Shown one piece after another: positions 36,358 to 49,200 of a stretch of DNA of 64,000 nt; the first letter of the stretch is position 1; every line of letters begins with the position of its first letter. This DNA comes from Marsupella aquatica (taxonomy: Eukaryota > Plantae > Marchantiophyta). The translations under genes were made by a program, and so were the position numbers. The notes under the pieces are model-generated. The model saw only the letters and a list, made by a program, of their open reading frames with translations. It ran no database searches and was not told the origin of the DNA. The DNA is taken from positions 17,454,357-17,518,356 of the forward strand of contig OZ316897.1 in NCBI GenBank assembly GCA_973895155.1. The letters run 5' to 3'.

Positions 36358-39300
36358 TTAGCTAGGATGCAATGTGAGGTCAGATATGGAAAAAATGCCA
36401 ATAAATCTCCTATGTTTTTCAAACTTAAGTCGGGACAGCGGCTTGGTAAGGATATCAGCTGGGTTTTCAATTGTATTAATATATGACAATGAGATCTCCC
36501 CCTCTAGCACCCTTTCCCGAACGAAATGGTGCTTGCCTTCTATGCGTTTGGTACGAGCATGAAATACAGGATTTTTGGCAAGTTTGATGGTCCCTTGGTT
36601 GTCACAATGTAAATGAATGTCAAGGGAGGTAGGGATGGGAGCATGTGCAAGATCGGTGTGAATAGAAGGGTCAGAGATCGTAAGTGGTACCTTCAAGCTA
36701 GGATGGATGTTAAGTTCCATCAGTAATCTGCGAATGTGTACTGCTTCTTTGGCCCCTTCAGATAATGCCTTATACTCAGCTTCAGTGGTACTGTCGGAGA
36801 CTGTTGATTGAAGCTTACTTGACCATGAAATAGGACCGGCTGCAAGTTGAAATAGGTAGGCGCCACGAGACCGACGAGTGTCAGGGCAACCTAGGAAGTC
36901 AGCGTCAGTGAAGCCTTGAAGTGAGGCCGAGGACGAGCGCTGGAAGAAAATGCCATAATTGGTAGTCCCTGCAAATACCGGAGGATATGCTTGACTGATT
37001 CCCAGTGCCATTGCTGAGGGGAAGACATTTGTAACGGCTGACTATGTCGATAGCGAAAGCAATATCAGGCCTGGTGTGGGTGAGAAAAATAAGCTTTCCT
37101 ACAGCATGGCAGTACTCAGTGACATCGAAAGAAGTAGTATCGGTGTTTGTAGTCAGAACATGGCCTTCAGGGAGAGGTATATGTTCGGGCTTGCAGTTAT
37201 TCATGCCCAGTTCCTTGACCAGATCCTGACAGTAGGAAGTCTGAAGGAGAAAAAGTCCGGTAGAAGTGCGAAGGAATTCAATACCGAGGTATTCTTGGAC
37301 GAACCCCAGGTCCTTCATCTGATAGCGTTGCTGAAGGTGAGCCTTGGTGGATGCAATTTTTGTGGGATCGCTCCCGGTGATGAGTAAATCATCTACGTAG
37401 AGCATTAAAATAACGATGGCACCATCAGAATGATAGAAATAAAGATTGGGGTCAGCAGCACTACGGGTCCAGCCAGTGTCCCAAAGATGGGTGTCAATTT
37501 CGCTATACCATGCTCGTGGGGATTGTTTGAGACCATAGAGGGAGCGTCGTAAGCGGCACACCATAGATTCCTTCCCAGGAATCTCAAATCCTTGCGGTTG
37601 GTGCATATATATTTCTTCGGTGAGAGTGTCGTTGAGGAATGCTGTAATGATGTCCATGTGATGCAATTCCCAACCATTGGCAATGGCAAGTGCGATGATA
37701 GTCCGGAGGGTTGACCACTTGACTACAGGAGCAAAGGTCTCATTATAGTCAATCCCAAATTTTTGTTCAAAGCCCCGGGCGACCAAGCGTGCTTTGAGGC
37801 AAAACCGAGTAGAATATGGTTTAGCCCAAAATACCCATTTAGCGGTCAGTGCACGTCGTCCTGCAGGCAAATAAACAAGTTCCCAGGTACCCATTTGTAA
37901 AAGGGACTCAATTTCTTCCTCCATAGCCTTCTTCTAGCCTGGGTGATTGAGAGCAGCTTCCGTGGAAAGATTTTCACATTCAGGTCCTGCAGACTCGACT
38001 AAGAAGGTGCTCATGTCATAGTCATTGTGCCAAGGAGGTGGTCGATGAGTCTGCAACGAGTGGCGGAGTGCAGGTGGTCGTTCTTGTGGTGCAGCCACAG
38101 GCAGAGGTCAAATGTCCTCATTGGGGGGCAGTTCTTGCACAGGTTCGACCCTAACATCAGCTTGCTCACAATTAATCTCTCCGAGGATGTCATCGTGGAC
38201 AGGTTCCCCCTCTGGAACTAGAAGTTCTGGAATGTGAGGAATACTAGGCAGAGCATCCCCAAGGGCAATGAGCACGGGTTGAAAGAGGGCGTGGATAGCA
38301 GCATGATCCGATGCCTGAGCTCCCATGGTATTTTTGTCAAATGTAACATCCTTGGAGATGATAATTCGGCGATGAGCAGCATCATAACAACGGTAAGCTT
38401 TAGATTTGTCATCATAGCCAAGAAGCGTGGTGCGCAGAGATTTAGTGCCAAGCTTGGACTGAAGAGAGTCTGGAAGAAGAACATACGTTGTGCAGGCAAG
38501 TACGCGGAGGTGGCCAAGATCAGGTTTGGTACCAAAAATGGCCTCAAATGGAGTGCATTTATACAGGGCCCGGGTACCAGACCGATTTTGAACGTAGTTG
38601 GCAGCACAAACTGCCTTGTGCCAAAGAGACACAGAGGTGCCGGAGCTAAGTAGAATAGCCCGAGCAGCTTCAATTAATGTACGGTTCTTACGCTCAGCTA
38701 CTCCATTTTGATGAGGGGAGTCAGCAACAGTAAGCTGGCGCCTAATCCCATGGGTCCTGCAAAATTGGAGAAATTCTGTGGACATGTACTCCCCGCCACG
38801 ATCAGATCGAAGACACGCAATTTTTTTATCAAATTGATTCTCGACCAGCAGCTTGAATGCTTTGAACTGGTCAAAGGTGTCGCTCTTGCGAGGCAGAAAA
38901 TAGACCCAAGTGAATCGAGTAAATCATCAATAAAAGTGAGGATATACTTAACACAAGAAGGTCCTTGAATAGGACCACATAGATCAGAGTGAAGAAGCTC
39001 CAATGGTCGGGAGGCCCGTGAAATAGATTACTTAGGAATCTTTTCTCGATGATGCTTGGCTTGGACACAAGTGCCACAAACTCGCTTGACTCGTGGGAGC
39101 ATAGGAAGACCAGTTACCAGGGAGCCCTGGGACATATGGTGAACCATTTGATAATTTATGTGGCTGAGCCGTCGGTGCCAGAGCTCAACCACATCTTGAT
39201 GCAAAACTTCAGCAGGGGCCTTAGTAAGGAGGACTGGGGCGGACTCCAATAGCTTTGCGTGGTGGTGAAAACGTGAGTGGTCCGCCTGAGTAAGGGCCAA

Positions 39301-40686
39301 ATGTGGAAGAGGGTGACGCAGCTTGTAGAGTCGATTTCTTGGATCACAAGCAGCAGTGAGGAAGACCTGCTGAGGATTATCTTTGTCAAAGACATGGCAC
39401 GATTTAGAACTGAACAAAATAGGATGACCAGCATCAGTGAGAGTACCCATAGAGAGAAGATTTCGTGTCAGACCAAGAACATACAAAACTTTGCGAATCT
39501 CTTTATTCTGATCAATGGAAACGGTGTCGTGGCCAGCCACTGGGAGCTGGATGCCATTAGCAGTAGTCACAGAAGTTGAGGAAGTTCCAGCAGTAAGATC
39601 ACGAAAAACAGCAGGATCACCCGTGACATGGGTGCTAGCACCAGAGTCGAGAATCCATTCTTGAGAGTTGTGCCTAGTGTCAAGCTCAGTAAAATTTATC
39701 TCCATGATTTCACTATCATCGTAAGTATCTTCCTCATCACCTTCACTATCAGAGATCTCAGCAGCATTGGCCTGTGGCTTAAACCGGCGGATGCCAGCAG
39801 TTTTCAACTGCATTTCTGCAATTTCTTTGTCGAGCTTCTTGAGGTCACATTGTGGCTCCCAATGGCCAGTCTTCCCGCAATAGTTGCAACTGCCAATGCT
39901 GCGTCATCGGCCGACAGACATTGATCGTGAGTTCCGGAGGTTGCTGAAGTGGCGTGGTGGGAAGCTGTGGCGTGGTGGGAAGTTCCCCTCAGTACGAGGC
40001 TGGAAGCGCCCTCGTCCGCGTCCATAGGAAAAGGATCGAGTGATTGCCATAGCTTCCTCCATAGTGTCCGTCTGCTTTCCTTTCCACCAGTACTCATCAG
40101 ACTGGAGTCGTTCAAGCAGATTTGTGAATGTCGGCTTGGGGGAATGTGAGAGGTCAGCGCTGAACATAGAGAAAAATGTGCCCCAACTCAGAGGAAGACC
40201 TTGTAAGACTACGTGGATGAGACGGTGCTCGACAACTTCAGCATTCATGCTGGCCAGTTGTCCAGCAAGTGAGTTGATTTTGTTGATGTAGGATTTGACC
40301 GATCCTCCTTCATTCATACGGGTGTTCTGGAGCTTCTTCTCTAGTAGTAGCTGTCGTTGGACTGTATCACCTCCAAAACGCTGGTGAAAGTGTTCCCAAC
40401 ACTTGGCTGGATCATCGGAAAACTTATTGACAGTAGATAAGAATTGAGACTTCATTGTGGAGGCCAAGATAGATACGGCCCGGACTTTCTTCTTCTCGAT
40501 CTCACGAGCAGTCAAGTGGGCCCCTCCATTGACAAGGTTGCCATTGGCATCTGGTTTTACACCAAAGTTCAGCTCAGCAAACAGCTCATCACGTTTCAGC
40601 AGGTTCTTGACCACGATGGTCCACGTCATGTGATTCGTAGTGCCGGCAAACTTATCGCTCTCAGAGAACAATTTAAGAAGATCCAT
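36358..40686 (-). pseudogene. Copia gag-pol polyprotein, split into at least 7 ORF pieces
   Basis: gag (UBN2-like, 40686-39904); zinc knuckle CNYCGKTGHWEPQC; protease WILDSGASTH; LWHRRLSH..CGTC; integrase LLHSDLCGP, QNGVAERKNRTL; RT KARLVARGF, YVDDLLI; RNase H GFTDADFLG, EAEY, CDNQ, ADILTK. Confidence 0.93.
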
Positions 40687-40964
40687 AGCTAACAGATATG
40701 ATTATACGGTGCTACAGTGCTCTAGTCAATGTTGAGGAACTTTCACTCAACCGAAGCTATTACGTAAGGAATTCTAATCCTATGCTAGATTATGATCACA
40801 TCAGGGATCCTTTCTACCTGAGTGTATACTGTAGGAGTCAAGCTTAAGAAAGCTATTGCTATGTGATTACGTCAAGGAATCTCTCAACCTGAGTATACAC
40901 TAAGTCTAGTTTCAAACGTAGAGAATTCTAGCGTGGATCGAGTAGAGCCTTAGCTCTGATACCA

Positions 40965-41225
40965 TGTTGGTAACAACCAATATTCTATTGCTACAATAGA
41001 ACAAGGCGCAGGGCGCCATATATATAAGTAGGGAACGATGGATCCCTGGAAGAGGAAGAGATCAATGGACATAAAGTAGTGACCTAGAACTAACAGCCTA
41101 GATGGCTACCGCATATCATGCATACTGGGCAACGTGATGTAAGGCAAGTAACGGTGATCAATAAAGATCACACTAGTGTCCTAGCCAGTCGCTTCTACAC
41201 TACTTACGAGTAATAACTTCCAACA
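40965..41225 (-). repeat. 5' LTR (261 bp)
   Basis: Direct repeat of 35727-35983, immediately adjacent to the PBS. Confidence 0.95.
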
Positions 41226-42295
41226 GTTGCGTGTAAGAGACCCAGAAGTTTTGAAGCAATGGAATTCGTGCAATTGGTCCTCCATTTACTAGATAGAAAG
41301 CATTCTAGCTGAGGACTTACCTGGAATTTAGGCCTCTTCGTGTTTTAAGAGAACGACTCCTAGGATGTGACCTGTTAGTTGAGAGCCTGGATAATTTTCA
41401 AGTTACTTTTAGTTCGATAACTGATCTCATCTAATCTTTTTCTTTTCGACTTTATTATTGATGGTTGCTATCACTACAAGGGATTGAATTTAAGAAAATG
41501 GACGGGTAAGTATACTCAATGATACTTTACCAACAAATGTTTTCAAAGTACCAATGACTTTGAGAGACGAATCAGGCCAAATAGAAGTGATGGTTCTAGA
41601 CTAGTTTGAAGCTGTTGTAGGCTATCAACCTGTAGTGAAACTACTGTTGAGTACAAGACATTCTTTCAGCAGTTGGCTCACTTTCTATTCTAGCACGGAG
41701 GTGGCTGAATCTATCGATACCTCATAGACTATCATCTTCACACAGTGAACTACTACACTGTCCAACGCATTCAGTGTACTCCACTGTCCACCTCAATTAG
41801 TGAGAGTGAACAATTACTGTGTCACCTTGATTGTGTTCGTCTGGACTTAAATTCGAGTTGACATATCAGTATTGAATCTCGAGAGGAGAATTGGGCCTCT
41901 GCTTTTCTTCTCTGAGCTACTAAAGATTTTTAGTACACAGATTTCATGCCCAGCCTTTGGAAGCATGCACAGTTGTTTGCTTTAATGTTGCAACCTAGAT
42001 CACTACAGGATTCTGGATCCTAGTTAGTAATGCCCTGTCAAGACGCGGTGAACCCCTGTTGTTATATGTTTCCAAAGGGTAATTTTTCATCGACCCCAGA
42101 TGCCTTAGAATGGGTAATTAAAACGTTTTCCAACCTACTGAAACCTTCATATCATGACCGGTTGCAATGCAACAGTACTCTCATACACCCACCAGTAACG
42201 AAAGCCAGCCCACTTATGCCGAATTCCAAAAGTTAATGCAGGTCAAACTGGGCGCTGGAGGCCGACAATCCGTCATTCTGTCATCCCGGTCTCCC

Positions 42296-42510
42296 GAAGT
42301 CGGGTTCGGGTCCGGGTGGTAAGGTCAGGCCAGGTGTTAAAAGGGTCTGGGCAGGGTGCGGGGGGGGGGGGTGTCCGGGTAAGGTTTGGGGGAGTCCTGG
42401 TGGGATCCGGGCGGGGTTCGGGCCGGGTTTGGTTGGGCTGGGGTCGGGGTCCAGGAAAGTCCGGGCCGGGTTCGGGTGGGCCGGTCTGGGGTTTGGGGGA
42501 GTCCGGGGGA
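42296..42510 (+). repeat. G-rich low-complexity tract (GGGTYCGGG-like units, poly-G)
   Basis: Many GGG runs and CCGGG motifs visible directly. Confidence 0.7.
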
Positions 42511-42988
42511 ATCAGACGAAATATGCGTCAAACTGCATGTTTTTTGGCGGTTTTACGTGCCCAACAAGCCATCAACTTGCCCGTCAGGTTAAATATGGTT
42601 AGAAAGTATCCTGGGGAACTTGGAGTGTTCATTAATATTTACTTGGGGTTTGGGACAATAAGTGTCACGTAGAGCTTTCACGATCTTACTGAGCTTGAAA
42701 ACTTGGGTAGCCTTAACCAACGAATTTATGGTCCTCTGTCAGAAACAGGCGCCAAATGTTGGAAACCAAAACTAGGGGGACTTCCAAGGAAAGGCTAAGA
42801 TATACAGATTCCAGTTCGCTTGGACGTTAGGATATAGTCAATTAGATGTCTTCTAATTGAAAACTTAAGCTAAACGATTGATACTGGCAGGGCAAGGTAA
42901 ACCAAGTTTGAAATGTCTTCCAACCAATTCAAGGTATGCAATTTCATCTCACATTAAATCTATGTCAACTTTACAACCAGAACATAAA

Positions 42989-43075
42989 CCAAGACACATT
43001 TTGTTCAGATCACACCAAGACATATTTGACACATTTTGTTCAGATCAAACCAAGACACATTTTGTTCAGATCACT
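42989..43075. repeat. ~26-bp tandem repeat x3
   Basis: GACACATTTTGTTCAGATCA occurs three times. Confidence 0.85.
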
Positions 43076-43109
43076 TGGTTTGTAGATCATAACTTAGATT
43101 TCACACACA

Positions 43110-43540
43110 TTTGCAACTCCCCTTATTATAAGGCAGTTTTTTTTATTTCTTATAATGTCCTGATATCTAATTTCCCTGTTTCATTTTAGTCTACTAAACA
43201 ATTGTACCTTTCAACTCAAGGAATACAAAAATGTAACTTAAAAAAACAACCGAACAGTCATGTTTTGATATAATAAAACTCGATCAAAACCAAATAATCT
43301 GGCCTTTTTTTAGAACAGGGGTCAACATCCAAACTAGCCAGCTTTTTAGATAACATGTCTAGTAATATTTTTTAATTTTATATGGAAAAAGAAGAAAACC
43401 AAACCTTTTATATGACTTGAAAAGTTTTAAAAATATAAATCCCAAGTTTTTTTGGATTTTAATGTTTGTGTAGAACCAACAGTTTAGTCCATATAAAAAA
43501 TAATATAGAGCCCTGCTTATCATACAAGAGTTTGCGTAAG
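43110..43540. mobile_element. ~430-bp dispersed repeat/MITE, copy 2 (same family as 22741-23195)
   Basis: Collinear shared blocks with copy 1; ends TGCAACTCC / AGAGTTTGCGTA followed by poly-G. Confidence 0.7.
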
Positions 43541-46299
43541 GGGGGGGGGGGGGGGGGAGGGGGAACCACACCTGTCTCTATCACCTTGCAACAACAATAT
43601 AGACTCAATGACAATTGTGCAAAGGCATTGGGTTATCAAGTAGGAATCCATCCTGACCATTCAATGAAATCTATTTTTTTCATGACAGTTGGATCAGCCA
43701 ATTTTCTCTTCATGTGCATTCAATGTTGTCCCCTTGCACAGCAAATGACATCTTGCCTTGGCCCATACCTTAGCTGTCATGTTGCTGAGCGCTGCCCTAC
43801 CGTCCTCTAAACAAGGCATGCTAGGCCGTGCAACAGCCTCCCCCTCCTTGTGAGACTGTCAAGAGGGATATAGAGTGTGCCTGCCCTTGCCGTCCCTCGT
43901 TAATGGGTGGGGCTCAAGAGGGGAGAGAAAAAGGAGAGAGGGGAGGAAAAGGGGCCTGGGGAATCACTTGGTTAATTATTAAAGGGGAGTGCAAACAAAT
44001 GAAGGCTATTTTTAATTTCATCAGGTCACTAATTATAATCAAAAAATAAATGCATATATTTTTATATTCAAGAATGAATTCAAAACATTTGTCAAAGTCA
44101 TACAATAAAGGGTACAAGAATTTATTTATTTGTTTATTCAAATTTGTGTGGACAAGGGGGGGTGGGGCGGCGGCAAACTTCTTTGACCCACTTGCATTTT
44201 GTTGCCTTGCAGACACACCCTATATAATGGATGGGCCGATGGTCAATACTATAAATCTGGGAAGTTTGAGAGGTAGTATTGTGACCAAAATGATCTGTCA
44301 GTGTAGATCATTTTGGTAAACTAAGTGGTTTCTGACTCTGATTTCTTACATTGCAGGTGTTACCTCTTGATTGAAGAAAAGAATCTCTAGCCAGGCTATT
44401 TTAAATACTAGAATTGTATCTAGATAAATTAGCAAAACTATTTTCTCTAAGCTTACTAAACTTCTGAGGTTCTCAAAAAACAAAAAGTAAACTAAGTAGC
44501 TCGTCTTGCAGTGTTTGTGGCTCAAAAAGATTCTAATTAATCGGTCCATTTTAGAGTCACTTGGAAGTAACTTCTGGATCATGAACCACCTTAAATGAGA
44601 TATAAAGTAGTTCTGGGTGGCTTGTGCCCTCTCCCGGGCCCTCTCCTCGTGTTCGTGGTCTTACAAAATGTTGGCCCCACTTTTATCCCCACATGTCATA
44701 TTTCTAGTACATAACTATTTAGCTTCTAAATGATTATCAAATAATCTATAAAAAAAACAAATGGTGGCAGTTCATGTTTCTCTCATAATGATTTAGTTTA
44801 TTTTAGTTAGTGACATCTAAGTCACTCAAAACCACAAACTTAGGAAATAACACTTTGAGTACTAGCTAGAACAAGAGGGGTTGGCATGAAGGGTTGTTTC
44901 TCACGCTCCTTGGCTTCCTCAGACTCTTGGGAAGAGATATGTATTAAGGATTTATGTATCTTTAGTGTATGAAATGTTACTTGCATGTGGGTTTTAAGAT
45001 AACCTAAACACAAGGATTAAAATAATATATTCTAACAAGTGTCGGTAAGATTGAAATTTAAAAATAGACCTAAAGACGGGGTCTAGAAAAGTAAATAAAA
45101 AACTCCCAAAGGAAGGGAAAGGGAATTCCGAAGTCCAATAATACAAAAGATGCACCTTGTCCAAGGCAAATGAATCGGGGAATGAATTAGTCAGAGGACC
45201 CCTAGCTTATGTAGGTTTGATTTTGGTCAACAAGTTATAAAAATCTTTCCTGCAATCTTTCTTTTAGGCGCTGTATCCAATTGGCCAAATCTTTTGGCAA
45301 CAGTGAGCAAGATTGTTTTTTGACAATTGCCATAGAGAAACTGCAATAGCTCTGACTTGCTGGTGCTGGATATGCACATTATTCCCATTTTTGAAGTGTT
45401 GCCATTCTTTGGACACAGTACTATTATCATGAATTGAAGTTTGGTGCAAAAGTAAGGGACGAAAGGGCAAGAATGGAATTGAGTGATTTCCTTATGTTCT
45501 GTTTTTACTCCTCTGTCCATAGTAGTCCTTGGTAAATGTTATATAACCCTAAATTTCCTTGGTAAATGTTCTATAAGGAGCAAAGCGTTTCTTTCTACCC
45601 GTGGTTATCTCCAAAACATTTGCCAATTACAAAGAGAATTTAACACTATCTCAAACACTATTACTATAAACACTGATATATCAATCACAACCCATTCAAA
45701 GTTTATTTTATTTCCACTCTTCTTTACCCTTCCTTTGTTTATGTGAAGTGATACTTTTCACTTTTCCATTGTTTCTACACTTAGAGGGTCTAATTGTTTG
45801 CTGTTGGCTAAAACATAATTGATTATTTTTGTATAATTAAGTGTTCTTATTTGTGACCAATAGAGCTAATGTGAGTGCTGTCAGTGCATTAACTAAGGAT
45901 TTTGGAATAAGCTTCCCATGAGGTTATATATAGGGTTATATATAAAAGACAAAGTAATCTTAGTACTCTCCCCAAGAAGGTAACACCATGGCCTCAACCC
46001 ACCTATAGCCAGGCCTCAACTGACCTACAGTTCTTATAGAGCCAGTTCACAATAGCCAATTTCTTCTTCCATGGCTCATGAAGCTCTTGCTTGTCAAAAA
46101 TCTGTCGAGCATGTCAATTTTCGATGCGCATGTTCACTTCCGAAGGCACGCTGGATCGAGTTTGCTGTGTCTCCACCGTCGGAGGCTAGCTCGACCAGAT
46201 CGACATTCCCTGTAAGATATCTGTTCGGGTTCTTATCAGGTCTCACAGGAACTGTTTTAATGAGGTTCCAGCATAAGATGTTGCAATAAACAAGAGACG

Positions 46300-49200
46300 G
46301 AGACAAGAGTTGTCCTTCCTAGCCTCGGTAGATTCGTACCAGTGCCAGGAGGTGAGCTTGCGATTGAAGACTCCAGCAACCAGTCAGTTCGAGATACTGC
46401 CCTTCCAATTCAACTTCGCAAGTCTAGGCTACCACCTCTTGAAAGCCTGTCTGCTTGTCTGTGTAGGGAGGAGAAAAATCTTGTTCTAAACGAAAAATCG
46501 ACGATTTTTTGCTATGCAAAAAGCGCAAAGGCTAGTATGGAAAGAGCAGCCATGCTTCTATCGACAACAAAAACTCCTAGTATGAAAACATCTGACGAGC
46601 TCGTGTTGATAATCTCGCTGTTCCACGACTACAAATGTTTTTTTCTTCTTTCTCATAAGAGACTCCGCGCTCGAGAGCTACATGAGCAAAGAGAGATTTT
46701 ATCGAAAAGTTTCAATTTGTGTCCAGCTGAATTGTACGTGGTCCTGGAAAGGTTCGCTACTCTTACTTTGGAGCTACGGCTTAGTGACACAGAAGGTGTC
46801 AAGGTGATGAAGGTCTCCCCGGAAAGCTGACACCGATCTAACTCTGATTGTCGTGTCCAAAGCAATAGTTCTGATCGGTCAGGCTGGAAGGGATGAAGCG
46901 ACACAAAACCTTGCGCACCGTAGCTATGTAGACCATGCCGTCCAAGCCTCCAAGGTGAGACAAAACGATGACGGACCTTAGGTATGTAGGGTCTTATGGG
47001 CGGATGAAATCGAAGTCAACAATGGGCCGTCTAAATATAGTAGTTTAATACAAGGTTTAGAATCGTAGACTCGTACGCGCCCCCGTCTGTTGTCATGTGT
47101 TGACCTCGTGCATGCTTTCCAAGAAAGCCGCAATAGCTCACCGCAAGCAGCTGCTGCACCGTACTGCGACCTGTCATTGTTCATGAGGATGCCGGAAATC
47201 TTTGTGACCTCTGTGACTTTCAAGAACGGGACCTGAGAAATTGCCTAAATACTCCAACCCTTGACCCAGTGGTGGGCTTTCTTCTATCCATTCTACGGAT
47301 ATATAATTATCACGGGAGCTTTGGGTACTTCACCTTCACATGGTACGTTTCAGCTTTCAGCGTGTCCATAGCCTTGCGAGCCCTTGAGCCACTCGCCCCA
47401 AAGTTTTCGGTCTCTCACATCGATAGTCGATGTGTTTCTGAGGTTCGAAGCACAGCTCGGTTTTCGTGCAGAGCTACCCTTTGAAGCCAGAACTAGCTAG
47501 CAGCATCCCTGTAGCCAGCGAAGGGTGGAAAGCAAAGGAGCATGGATATATAAACGCATTTAATTTACGTATTCATTGACCTGGCAGATTTTTTAGATCA
47601 AGTGGTCGCTTCCAATGCAGAGAATCAGTTGGAATAACAATGCACCAGAGATTGATGTTAAAGTCACATCTCAACTGCTGGTCATTCAACTGAGTTGGAA
47701 TTTCAGAAGACGACCGGGTGACTTCTAGCGAAAAAGCAGTCAAAATTTACAGGGTATGGTTAGCCTTCAGCGACAATCATGCCAACTTTCTGAATGATTG
47801 GCTGTGACTTCCTCAATGATTGATCTGCCATCTACAGGGACTGTCCGTCGACGATTGGAGGGATCCTATTCATGAATTTGTTTACAAGAAGGAGCAATTT
47901 TCATTGGCGGCATTCTGTAGAAGTTTAATGGGCATTAGCACTTATACCTCCGGCATTTGTCGCAAGATAGCATGTAATGATCCAGTTAATACCATTGTTG
48001 TCCGAAATGATGGCGATTGATGACGTTTGAGGTCCAACTTTCAGGCAGAATAGGGATCGAGGAGGTAAATTCATAGAGAGATCCACAGTAGCTTTTCTCG
48101 CAATGTTGGGAATAAACGAAGCACAATGAGTATTTCGGCACTAGGCAAGAGAGATTGCGAGCCTAAGCATCGGCGTGGTAGAATACGTCCTACTTAGCTA
48201 ACGTGAGTAATGAAGCACTTCACCTCTTACTTTGGATTCGATAATAATCTTACTATCTCGTCCAAAATTTGCTGCTGCCACGCTGTAATATGCCGAGGTC
48301 AAGGTTGGCGAGAAATCTGCGGAGAAATCTGCACAAGTATTTCCAAGAATGATCTAGTAATGTGCTCGTCCACAGTCAGAAAAGCACTGTCAATTGCGAG
48401 CTGAAGTCAGATTTTGAACTCTGTGACCGGAATCCAATTACGGACCTGCACTTTTTCAGTTTCTTACCGAAAGTCAAGAAGCGCCTGTGTAAACCAACCG
48501 GTTGGACTGGAGATCAATAAATCGATAGCAGTGAGATGACATATGAAAATCCGAACGATTCGATCGGGTGACTTACAGAAGGCCATTGCTTTACCAAAAT
48601 GCTGTAAGACGCCTATAGCGACTTCCCCACATTCATCTCTAAGGCCTCCTCAATTCCCGGAGATTCTTGCTCATTCATCACTCGAATGAGAACATGCACA
48701 ACATGTTTCCGAGGCAGAAAAGTCCCCATTAACCTCTCAACAGATCACTCGGACAATCAACTTTGCAGAATAATTGCAAGGTGGATGGAAATCATTCAAC
48801 TCCTACATATGCCTGCGTATGAAAATGTAGTGCCAATCCTTTTACTCATGGTAAGTATCCAGGAGCCTATTTTGCATCGACGAGCCGCCACTATTTGGAA
48901 CGCTCAGATGAATTGCACCAACTCGATCCCGACGTCCGTGAAAAGGTTAACTCCTGCAAAGTTTCTACGTTTTTCCATCACGTGGACGGCAAAGCCAAAC
49001 ACAGGAGCTCAGCAGAAGCAACCATTCGATTACTACCCGCCAGAAAGAGGCATTTAGAGGAAAACCGAACTGCCTTTCATGCTTGTGTGGACCCACATGA
49101 CAAGGAGAGTCTTTGCGGACCACACGTCTATGGAAGCTAATAGCAGACTCGTCAAAGAAATGCATCATCTCAGTGGCATTGGATTGTGTTCCGCGCAGAA

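Larger units (their letters stand above)
35727..41225 (-). mobile_element. Full-length Ty1/Copia LTR retrotransposon, coding region disrupted
   Basis: TG..CA LTRs at 35727-35983 and 40965-41225; 5-bp TSD GTTGC; PBS TGGTATCAGAGC (tRNA-iMet) at 40953-40964; PPT GAGAGGGGG next to the 3' LTR; domain order gag-PR-IN-RT-RH. Confidence 0.97.

Noticed and set aside
42316-42672. Gly-rich 118-aa ORF
   Set aside because: By-product of the G-rich low-complexity tract.
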